From Balanoglossus misakiensis (lineage: Eukaryota; Animalia; Hemichordata), in NCBI GenBank assembly GCA_040954595.2, contig CM082582.2:9787483-9851482 (forward strand): a DNA stretch of 64,000 nt, given 5' to 3'. Within the stretch, counting starts at the first letter, position 1, and each line of letters opens with the position of its first letter. Position numbers and translations under genes: made by a program. Below are positions 26,119 through 37,325 of the stretch, in pieces. Below the pieces are notes generated by a model. It worked only from the letters and a program-made list of their open reading frames with translations, had not been told where the DNA came from and made no database searches.

Positions 26119-29100
26119 TCATAGGTTGTTGAACTCGCTTATACCACAAGCTACCTCATTTTCGTCTTGGTCTATAAGCCACGCTTTGCTGTAAAATGTG
26201 CCCTGGAAAAAAAGATAAAACAGCAACACTGTTAAGAAGAAAGGGAAATGGCATTTTTTCTTATAAAGATGCAATGTTGGTTGTGGTCATGTGGTCATAC
26301 CGACGCGGCTGCCACCGACGGCGATGATGACAACGACGATGATGATGATGATGATGATGATGCAGTCGGGCAAAGGTGCCCGGTTCACCTATGTGCATTA
26401 ATTGCCTTGCTTGATGTACAAGTCAACTTACCTTTGGAACGTATGCTGGAACATGGACTTCGTAATTGTACGACATTGGCCCTACGGAGAAAGATAAGAT
26501 ATGACGATAAGCATGGTGGCCATGGTAACAAAATTAGTAACGACCAAATATGGCCAATGCTCAGTCGGACTAAACAACTTTGTCTCTGTCTGTCTGCCTG
26601 TCTTCTGTCCGTCAGGCGGTCTACACGTACCCTCTCCCTTCCCTCCATCTCCCTCCCTCCCCTCTCGCTCATCTCTCCCGAATCCCCCCCTCTCTCCCCT
26701 CTCCCCACCCTCAAACTCACCTGCTGGGAGTGGACATTCAAACAAATCCGGCTCAACCGTGCAAAGATCGAACGTATTACCATACAGCTCCATGTTGTCG
26801 TACATGACGGTCATATGAATCGTTCCATATTCTATCTCATGCGCTGAAGGCAAACAGAAATACAATCAATAATTAGAACACCAGTTCACAGCGACAATCG
26901 AGTGAATACGTGCAGTATATCTGATTAGGACATACCTGGTTACAACACTCGTGTTTGAATTGTCCACTATTATTGTCGAAACACTAAATTGAAAGTTCGC
27001 AAAATGGGAACGAAATTTTAGTGAGTCTCCACAAAGATTCGTGCAGATTCCTTGAACTGTATCTCACAACTACCGACCTGATCAGGTAGAGTGGTTATCA
27101 AACAATTTAATTTTAGGCGAAGTTCCTCATTGCTCGGTTTAATCACCGACCAGGTTATCGAAATAAATCTTGTTGTTATTTAACAAGCGGATACCTTGCG
27201 CTCTCACGGTATAATGATCAAAAATCCGAGAGGACATTCCCAGGCCAAACATAGACCCTCTACTGTCTGTGGTGCATACCATCTCGACCGCACCAACCGC
27301 AAAGGATCAATCAAAGGTTATGGTCTCATTTGGGCAATCAAGAGGTTATCAGACTATTGACAAAATAGCACGCACAATATGCATTAGCTGAGCGGTTTAC
27401 TGCAGGTGTTCAAGTGTCTAATAAAACCATATCGCCTCCGGGCCCGTCTAGTTCAAATATTAATTCTTAAATGGAATAGAAATGTGATCATTTCAGCTTT
27501 AATAATTATGGGTGTAATTACACCACGAACAGTGGTATCTGTTTGCTACTGTCAACACTGGTTAAAGGGGGAGAGTTTTAGTTTTTTGATGGATTATTTA
27601 TCGTGTTGTTCTGCCAGTTTTTATGTGACATGTTTCCCAAAACTGGGACCACTATTGAAACCAGCAATATGTTGTCTTACTTACGCCATGTCATGTTGAA
27701 AAGTATCACAGCTTTGACTCCTCCCTGGGCTTTATCTTCCATCAACAAAGTTTTGCCGACCAGTTTTCTCCCGGGTTGCTCTGTGAAAGATGAAAACGTG
27801 GATTCAAATTGGTAAACACGAACCGGGTATGAGTGTCAATAAACTTTTTGAAATCCGTGTTGAATGCGACCGGCGGCAACAAACAAAGAGCTTTTGTAAT
27901 GTAATTGTTATCTTTGCTACTTTAAAATTGATCACTGGGCCACCCCATTAATTTATTTAATAAATTACTGATTACTTTGTAACGAGCTTGGCAATTTTTG
28001 CCCCGTGTCGTTCGACCAAAGATTACCCGGACGGTCATCGCTTGGACGCGCGGGTGACCCATTATTATCCAGCGCATGTGCACATAATGAACATCCGGGT
28101 GTTTGGCTCCTCCACCTGGGATTTGACTTTTATTTCATCTCTTTCTTTGCAGGCATCGTTTGTCGTTCCGTCAACACTTCCTGGCGCAACCAAATTGTGT
28201 GGGCGAGACGCAGCAATAAAATCTACCCCGGCCGTAATAATAATTCCTATTGTTCCACACAAACACAATGCAATTATTGCTTAATCACCGGTGTACATTT
28301 CCGGTCACGCACGCGCAACAGGTCACGCTGGCACAAATGCAAGGTAAAGCAGCATGCAATTTTAAATCCCTGGTTTTCGCATAAGCTCTTGTTTACACTG
28401 AATGTTTATTCGGTGCAAAACTTTTGTTTTCCATTGAAATTCTTATCAAGTATCTAATCGTGCCGTTGCGGACATTGTCTTGTTTTTCACGATCGAAGCA
28501 AATTTGCACGGATACCAGTACGACGCGTCATTTTAAAGTTTCTCGAGATTCTTTCACGTGTAACCAGGCCTAGGGAGACTGTGATGTATCATATCACACC
28601 GTTTCAGATACTGTTTTGCCTGTGTGTTTTTTTTTGTGTGTGTGTGGGGGGGGGGGGTTAGACAGGGTCTTGTGTCAGAGACTGGACGGCCTCGAAACAC
28701 GAATCACAACGCGGAGAGCAAAGATTTTCCGCACAATGACTGGACGGAAGTCTTGAGTGTCAAAGGTGAAGGCGAAGACATTTGCTTACAATGGCGGATG
28801 CTGAACCAATCGGAAACTCCGCGGATAAAACTGAGCGATGATATCGTCTCCTTCGCTGGAGGAACGAAAACAACTTCTTGAACAAAGGAAACTCCTGTCA
28901 AAAACAAGGATCGAAACACAACACGTCGATCGGCGAGTAGGTTTTTTTGCGCGACTTCACTTCTGTGAAAGCGCGACTTTTCAGATGAAAATCTCGCAGA
29001 CAATAAAATGTTATGCTGTCGATAAAGGGATTACCGGAGCATTAAAAACTCACCGCATTTTGTGTAGATATCGCCGATCGAGACGTAGTCGTTATCGTAA

Positions 29101-29540
29101 ACCCACCTATCCCAGTCGAAGTCTTGCGGGTCGCGTTCGTTGCTCTCGACTGCATTATTGTCGATTTTCTGCTCCTGGATAATGTCAACTTCGTTTACTT
29201 CCACGACAACTTTGCCGTGTTCATTGCTGTCATGCGTCTTTGCGTCGCTGGCATTGCTCTTTGCCTCTGCGGAACCGCTGCCGGCAGACTTCGACGTCTC
29301 GTTGCCGTCATCCGATTGCTCGTACTCGGTGATGATGATGGCCGCGGCGGCGACGTGTCTCTGCGCCGCGCCGCCGGCGTTGAGTCTCTCGTTATACTCG
29401 AAGTGCTTCTTGGCGTTCATCATCTGCTTGTTGGCAGCAAGAATGTCCACCGCGTCGGCGTGGTTGAAATACATGAAGTAAACACCGAGGCAAACAGAGA
29501 ATATGCAGACGACGATGATAACATTTCGCTTGGCGCTCAT
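26119..29540 (-). CDS. Signal-anchored ML (MD-2/NPC2-like lipid-recognition) domain protein, about 279 aa
   Basis: Exons 29540-29054, 27780-27685, 26843-26721, 26481-26432, 26202-26119 (840 nt, phases consistent). N-terminal KR followed by a hydrophobic helix (NVIIVVCIFSVCLGVYFMYF), then a low-complexity stem. C-terminal domain has ML-like motifs FDLC...CPLPAG...YNYEVHVPAYVPKGTF...DQDENEVAC. Confidence 0.8.
26322..26361 (+). repeat. (GAT/GAC)n trinucleotide microsatellite in an ML gene intron
   Basis: GATGATGACAACGACGATGATGATGAT... run. Confidence 0.8.
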
Positions 29541-30368
29541 CTTCAGTTTCGTGCGGTACTGCCTGATCAGAATCCCAATATCATAAGACATCAAAATTTA
29601 AACAGAAAAAAAAAATACTGGCGCTGGCGAAAACAAAGTTGTTTTTGTGTTAAACCAAACTCCCACGTAGCAAGGTCGACAAATAAGCACTTTCGCACTC
29701 AAAGAAAGTGCGCGTACAGTAATGAGTCTAGGCGATCGGAAACATCAGTATTAACGTGTTCTCACCAGAACTACCCGGGGGGAAATACGGGAACGACACC
29801 GTACGATGTGTCCTCACAAATCAGCTGATCGCTCGATCGTAGGGTGATCCTTGGGTTTATCTCTCAAGGCAGCTGATAACACATCGACACATCTCAGCGC
29901 GGCTAAATACTAAGACAAGCAATGCCGGGTTGTTGATAACCTTTTTTTAATAAATGGAGCAGTGAAGTCATTGTATGCAAATTAGAAAACGGTAACCCCC
30001 GATATATGCACGAATGACTAGTCCTCCACTCTCATTCTTTAATATGCGCAGTGGCGAAAAAAACAACTGAAAAACCATGGAAGCGAACTTTGAATACAAT
30101 GGTCATACCCACGCATTATACGCGTGTGTGGAACTGTATCATGTTTCAAAATAGCTGACTGTCGGGTTAACAAACTTTTGCTGCGCTTCGATCTCTGTAG
30201 GCCGCCGGTCTCACATAGGGGCATTCCACATGGAGTTCATATATATATATGTAAATGTGTATGCGTTTAACACTACGCAAAATGGATACGAGTGCGTTCA
30301 CCCCGTTTGTTTACATTGTGTCGTACGTTTCAAGGTTTGGGGGGGGGGGGGGGGTTACTGGCTGCTAA

Positions 30369-30383
30369 AGCGCCACCTAGCGG
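30369..30383 (-). promoter_or_regulatory. CTCF-consensus-like motif
   Basis: Minus strand reads CCGCTAGGTGGCGCT, matching the bilaterian CTCF core. Lies between the ML gene 5' end and the CHTF8 3' end. Motif match only. Confidence 0.35.
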
Positions 30384-31021
30384 CCGAGTTCCGAATGTCG
30401 CGTCATCCAGTGAACCGAATTTCAAACATGAATTCTTTATCGCATTTGGCAATACAGTTATTTTATTAGGTTTTCGACAGAGTAATCATACATTATACAT
30501 TGAACAAAACTTTTTCACGGGGAGTTTTTCCCCTTTAAAATATAAATGAACGATTCGAGTTGAGTCTGCTTTGCTCAGAGTAAATATACATTAGCTGTGA
30601 ACTCGTTTGGACCAGGTTTCTAAGATAAAAAAATATGTTTTCAACAGTGTCAAGGCTGGCAAATTTTCAGACGCATAAAGATTTGATAAAGTTCACAATA
30701 TTTGACCTAAGCCGGCTGTTAGTTGATAAACATGGGAACAAAGTCCCTGACATTGAACTTCGTTTACCATGAACTCGAAAACTTGTGACAAAGTCACCTG
30801 CACTTGGCGATTGTAAACTTTGCACCTGGTATTCACAGTCATTGTATACTGTGTCTTGAGGAGTCAATGTTTTTTCCAGTAGCATGCACATTACGCTAGA
30901 TTTTCAAACTGGTCAGTGGCCACAAAGTTTCACATCTGACCATGCGGTGGCGCTCTAACCAGACATGGGCGTCAACCACAGGACTGTTTATGGTGTCCAC
31001 AGTCCAGCAAATATGTTCAAT

Positions 31022-31702
31022 CTAGAGCTTCTTTGGCACATTGGCTATGATCGGCTTAGGTCTAGTCCTGAACTGAAGCTTCTTCTTTATCACCGCAGTA
31101 ATAGTATAGTGTCTGTCTCTTTTGCTGTGTTCTATCTCCATGGCAACATCATCCGATGCAGGATCCTGGGCATCTTCTTTCACGAGGACCACAATTGGCT
31201 TTTCGAGGTCGACCACTTTCCCGTAGAGTATGTGATGGCCAATGATCAGTATCGGTACACCCTGAAAACGTACACAAAAGATCACACGAAATGACTGATA
31301 ATCCACAAGACCCCATCCCCCAATCTACAAATATGAGCACCAGACTGAGAACAAAAACGTCTCTGACACTATCTTCTGTTCCGTACCTTTTTGTTGAAGT
31401 GTAGATCACCGATGAGATTTCCAGAGAGGTCTATTTCATGTCTTGATACCAGTTGACCCTGTAGGTCCACAATCAGCCATTCCTTGCAACCATCATTGCC
31501 TGCACTGTGATCATACATAGTAGATCGATAGTTAGAAACCAATGATGTAATGCACTCTAACTTCTAAGTCCTTGTGTTTGTAATGGACATATTGAAATAA
31601 ACAACACATCATCCGAAACAAAGGTACGAGACTGAGAGAAGTTCGTACATTAAGTCGCCAAAAGAAAGTTCTTCCTTACGTTTTTATGACGAGCTGAACC
31701 AT
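31022..31702 (-). CDS. CHTF8: Chromosome transmission fidelity protein 8 (Ctf18-RFC subunit), 126 aa
   Basis: Exons 31702-31680, 31504-31387, 31261-31022 give MVQLVIKT...EWLIVDLQGQL...[34 protein letters not shown]...FRTRPKPIIANVPKKL*, a typical Ctf8 sequence. Confidence 0.95.
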
Positions 31703-31914
31703 ATCCGATCGTCACTGTCGGCGTAACGTCCCTATTTCCCCCTGATTTCCCACCCGAGTGCGAATAGCAATGTTTTGATATTTCGCGCGAACACTTTGGC
31801 GCAATCACACGAGATTACCGTTTGACCCCGAGAGTGACCTCACCCCGGAAGTGATACGCGTATTTACGAATAACCACACGTGTGTCGCCGAGCCAGTTAT
31901 CCGATCTTGAGAAA
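31703..31914. promoter_or_regulatory. Compact bidirectional promoter CHTF8/UTP4, including the probable non-coding first exon of UTP4
   Basis: About 210 bp between the CHTF8 ATG and a splice donor (GTAAGT at 31915). Contains ETS/GABP motif CCGGAAGTG (31845-31853) and palindromic E-box CACACGTGTG (31875-31884). Confidence 0.65.
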
Positions 31915-32073
31915 GTAAGTGTTTCTGGTTCATTTTGACAAGTCACATCACTTGTTAGGAAAATTCAAGTTATACCGACAATAATTACACAAATGTTTTG
32001 TTTCTGAGGAAGGACACTTGGTAAAAATCGCACATTTTGTCAACTTTCCAGATCAGTTTGTCGTCAACCTAAA

Positions 32074-35000
32074 ATGGGTGACTTCCGAGTTCACCATGTG
32101 CAGCTGTTTGAATACAAGGCCAATGCTATTCACTGCATTGCTCACGAAGAAACTGCCAACAAAGTAGCTGTATCAAGATCAGACTCTTCGATTGAAATAT
32201 GGAGCATAAAAGACATGTGGTACCATGAAAAGGTGAGGGGACCATCTGACATAGCATTGAGCTCACTCAGTGCCTCTAAGTTATTACCAATGTTAACTTT
32301 GAGTCCATGTGAATCTGATAGTGGATAAGGCCATACACTAGTCTACGATGATATATCATCAGAATTCTTCCAATGTTTGTATTTCTGACAGACTATTCCC
32401 GGATCTCAGAACCGATCAGTGGAAGCACTGTTGTGGGTCAATCAGAGGTTATTTTCAGCTGGTCTCCATGGTGACATAACAGAGTATGATCTCAAAAAGA
32501 TAGCACCTAAGGTACAGTATCATATGCCATCAAATCACTGGGGGGGGAATACAGAGTTGTAATATTGGACTGTTGCAGACTATTATTTTGAGTGTTACCC
32601 AATATCAAAAGTCAGTGCACGTACAAAAAAGAAAGTTACGGACTTTATATGACCAAAAAAGTACCTACACTGCTCATACATATATTTTATATCAAGAGGT
32701 TAACTAACTGGTAAAATGTCTTCCATTTGTAGGTGTCCATAGATTCCATTGGTGGAGCTGTATGGTGTATGGCAGTCAACAAATCAAAGACACACATTGC
32801 TGTAAGTTCAGCAGTCTCACTGCAGTACATGTTTTTGTTAGTGTTTATCTGTAGAAAAAAAAGTCTTGTGTTGACATTTATAATGTGTACGATGGCGACT
32901 TTTTTTATTGAGATCTGTTCACTATTTTTGAACACTTGTCATTCACACTATTTTTATGTGAACAATTTGATTTTTACAAACAACAGGCAGGAATGGAAGA
33001 CGGCTGCGTGCGGCTGTTCGAAATCACAGACACAGGGCTGATGTATGACAGAGCTCTTAACAAACAGGACACCAGGGTACTGTCCCTGTCTTGGCACGAC
33101 TCTGAGAACGTCATAGTAACGGGATCCATTGATAACATTCGGATATGGAACGTGCAAACAGGTAAGCCGAAGAGAGATTTGGCAATGTGGATATTCTTGT
33201 CTTGTCTGACCTTGTAGCCTTCTTAGTCCATATCAGAGAACATAGCCCACAGTTTCTTTACGAAAAGTACCACTGCTTTGAAACTTTTCTGCATACCACA
33301 GAAATGGCTTCTAATCTTTATGGAATGATTACACATTTTCAGGACACGCTACACAGAGAATTACTCTGAACAGACAGCACAAGAACGTGGAGACCATCGT
33401 GTGGAACGTCGCCATCACCAAAAATTTCACCATTGTCAGCACAGACTCTACTGGAAAGATCAGTTTCTGGGATGGACAGCATGGAACGCTTATAAAGGTA
33501 CTAATATATGTGGTTCTTGTCTAAATTTGGGCCCCTTTTTTTAGAGTGTGATTTCATTTCTGATAAATATTTTGACGACACTGTCGTACTAAAGTTTACC
33601 CATCCAGGGTGTGTTCAAGTGTGGGTCTGTATATTTCAGCCCACATACATGTAACTCAATAGACTGACTCAGTGACTGACTAGTGACCTGGCTTGATCAG
33701 GTCACTTTTGCAGTTTCTCAGCTCCATCGTGCTTTGCAGCATTGTCTTCATGCGCGGAGACTCTCACGCGGCAGTTATGCAGTCATGCGAAGTTCGACCA
33801 TCAGTCGTGTGCTTTTATCTGCTCCGCTTAGAGTTTTAACAGTCACAAAGCGGACATCTTAGCGCTGTGCGTCAACAAGGAGGAGGATGCCGTCTTCTGT
33901 GCCGGCATCGATCCCAGAGTCGTCCAATTCCGGTATGTGCCAGTGTCTGGGAAAAGAAGCGGCAAGACCTGGATCCAGGCGCAGGTTTTTCACCAATCCC
34001 ATACTCATGACGTCAGGGCTTTGACAGTCACCAAAGACTTTGTCGTATCTGGAGGTAAATATTCCTGCTAAGTTTTTTATTTAAGTCTGCCTGTAAATTA
34101 AAGTTTGTCACCACCCCTGTTTGCAGTGTCTCGGTATTGAATGTTGTAAAATTTCAGTCGAAAAAGTGGTTATACCTGTATATTTATCTTTGGTGCTTGC
34201 CTGCAGGTGTCGACACATTCCTTGTAGCAAATCCAGTCTTCACACAGAAAAGGCCATCGTCTGGCCTGCGGCCGTTCGAACAGAGGACATGGAAAATGAA
34301 CCCCTATCCTGAACATGTGAGTAAGCCACTGGGATTATCACATAGGATGGCCCCATGCAGAAGTGAAAACTGTGTCTTTTTCTAATTCAATCTGGGTTGC
34401 AATCAACTAGTTTTCACACTTTTGTTTAAAAACTTGGACAGTTGATTTGACAGGATGCTCATTTTTGCCAAGTGCGTGTTTTAAAAAGATTTGATGTTCC
34501 TTTCCTCAACAGAGACAGCTTGTACATATTGCGAAAGATGCAGAGATTCTTATGTTCCAGTATGCCAAATGTCTTGAGTTTTGGAAACTTGGAACCACGA
34601 CAGGTAAGGCTAGATTCTCCAGTCCAAATTTCTTATTTAACTGACCTTACTTAATGATGGTAGTGTGGTAAAAATAAATAATCAAAGTTGTCATGAAATT
34701 GTGGTTTTCAATGGTAGTGTATTGATATCAGTTTACGAAAGGTTAAAACTTGTTATCTGTTTGTTACACACAGTCAGTGAAGGAAATGATGGGGAAGTGC
34801 TACCGTTAGTAAGACAACCAGTCAAAATGTTACTCCTGCAGGCCAAGGTAAGTAGGTTGTTAACCTCTTCACCAGACCTTGGTTTGATCCAAATCCATTG
34901 TTCTCTATGGTAAGGCTGGACCTCTATAAATGGAAATGGAGTTGAAAGGGCGAAATGATTTACGATGGTACCTGTTTGTGCATTTTCAATGGTTAATGTT

Positions 35001-36691
35001 GGAGCTTGCACCTCTAATCTTTGCAGGGTAACGATGATATAGTGTGCAGTGCTGTGAGTAAATGTGCCAGTTGGACTGCCTACTCAGATTTGAACAAAGT
35101 TAGAATGTACCACATCTCCATGGAAACACCATCAGTGTCAAAGGTGAGTTGCCCCATGGTATTATCTTGTCACTCAAAAAAGAAAAGAAAAGAAAATCTA
35201 TGCGATCGAAATGTGTGAATGCTTGATTTGGATGGAAAAATTAAGTGTTATTTTTTGGTTGGCACGATTGTGGTAGGTCCATGGAGTACCGGAAGAAGTC
35301 CATCCCGCACACTGCATGAAATTTACGCCCGACGGCAGCAAGCTGATCCTGGCCACCAACCAGTGCACGATTCAAGTGTTACAAGTGGATAGTCTGCAGC
35401 CTCGTCTTGTGCATACCTACCAGGGCACAGGCGAGCCAATTCATCTGCTGGCCGTTTCGGAGGACGGGCGTTGGCTCGCAGCTGGCGACCACTCGAATCA
35501 TATTGAGGTGTACAACCTAGAAGACTACGAGGTACATCTGCTGAAATTTATTTTGAAGTGATAAACCCGGAAGGATTCACCTCCTAAACATTTTTCTTTT
35601 CATCTCTTGTATAATTTCAGCTGATGTGTTTTTATTTGTTTTGTTTGTTTCCCCAGCATCACTGCAGTCTGCCCTGTTTGTCGTACCAACCCACAGCGTT
35701 GGCATTTAATCCGCACAACACATTATTGATGGTCATGTACTGCAACAAGAAGGTGGGTACCATATGCAGATTAACAGGCGTTGGCAGACCATTGGAAAGT
35801 GATTCTGATTTGGATTCTTGTTCAGATTCATGTGTGATGCATATTTCATTTGCACAGTGCAGTTCAAAGGTCATCCATTACCGAGCCATACTCGCATACC
35901 TCTCACTGCAATTATTTGCATTCTTTTCTGAATTCACAACAGATCGTGGAATACGACATTGAACAGAAGGCGTACACACTATTGATGAGGGGCGGACAAG
36001 GTCTGACCAAGAAGTGGGCATTTCGGCAAACCAATGTCACAAATATTGCCTTCAGTCCTGCGGATCCAAATGTTGCATTTCTTCAGGATGTGGAAATGTT
36101 TGCTGTGTTCACAAAAAGTGACCAAAGTAAGGTGAGGCATGTTTTTTGAATCTGTTCAAAAGATTGTGTCGAGTTTTGAACTTGACAATAGAAGGGTGCC
36201 TCATTGCAAACAGGTTAAAACAGAATTCTGTAACTGTGCATTTTGGCTTCAAAGCGAAATTAATTTTTGTTTTCCTTTCAGGATGGACAAGAAGGAAGTG
36301 GGACTGGAGTGAACAGGAAAGACAAATCTACGGAAGGAAAGAAAGCTGTCATTTGTAAAAAATACTCGGTAGGTTTCAGTTGAGATTAGTGGAATTCTGC
36401 TATGGGGATAATGGTGTCAACATCGAATATCCCTGGAAAACCCCTGACAAAAACCCACGGAAATTCCTGTAGAATTGTGACTTGAAATATCATGTTCGAA
36501 GCAAAGAGCAGTAACAGACTTGACATGCATGATGATACTTTACTCGCTGAGTGTCAAAATTTGATCTCTTCCAGCCACTGTTGTTTATGGACACACTCCA
36601 AGAGAACTGGCTTGTGGTGGTTGAACAGCCACTCCACACCTTGCCTGTGAGTCTGCCAGGCAGTCTCAGACAGAAGAAATTCGGAACGTAA
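32074..36691 (+). CDS. UTP4: U3 snoRNA-associated protein 4 (cirhin), WD40 SSU processome subunit, about 678 aa
   Basis: 15 coding exons: 32074-32232, 32392-32511, 32733-32801, 32987-33161, 33343-33497, 33832-34054, 34207-34316, 34513-34603, 34774-34847, 35027-35143, 35277-35531, 35657-35752, 35943-36131, 36282-36368, 36575-36691 (2037 nt). N-terminus MGDFRVHHVQLFEY...AVSRSDSSIEIW, RLFSAGLHGDITEYDL, HTHDVRAL, C-terminus PLLFMD...LRQKKFGT*. Confidence 0.95.
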
Positions 36692-37325
36692 TACCCAAGA
36701 TATGGCAGCTGACACAAACTCATCAGTCATGGCCAGGGCTCAGTACAGGCTCTGCATTGTCCAGTCGTGGGAGGGTTTGTTGTTGATGCACACATATAAA
36801 ACTGAACAGAACAGACATGACAAACTTCTCATATTTAATGATAAATGGCATGGTTTAATAAGAAAATAGAAAAGCCTGGACTTTGCATGTTTATAAAATT
36901 TCAAACCTGGTACGAATGCCCTTAAAAAAATAATGTACGTATTATACATGTACATTGGATTTCATACATTTCCACACACACACTCATAATGTGCTGGATA
37001 ATTATAATAATTATAACTGCAAACAGTGGACACTCAACATAATTTTTCAATAAAACTAAAGTCTGACTTTTCAAGTCAAGACTGACCCCAATGAACAATG
37101 CATATCACCATTTTCTGAATTTCTTGAGGTAGACATGATAAAAGCAAACGGTGGTACATTTTTTCAAGGTTCAAAGTATTAAAACTTTCAAAATGCTAAG
37201 CAAACAGTCAATCCTACTGTAAAACATATTGCTCAAAGTGGGCTACACTAAAAAGCTGAATAACATTAAAATAATTTACTGACTCAAAAAAAAATTGGGA
37301 AAACTAGATTTTTTTCAGCTGCACG

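Noticed and set aside
26248-26847. 199-aa plus-strand ORF with poly-Asp
   Set aside because: Runs through microsatellites and antisense ML exons; low-complexity artefact.
29124-29828. 234-aa plus-strand ORF
   Set aside because: Antisense shadow of the GC-rich first exon of the ML gene; no recognisable domain.
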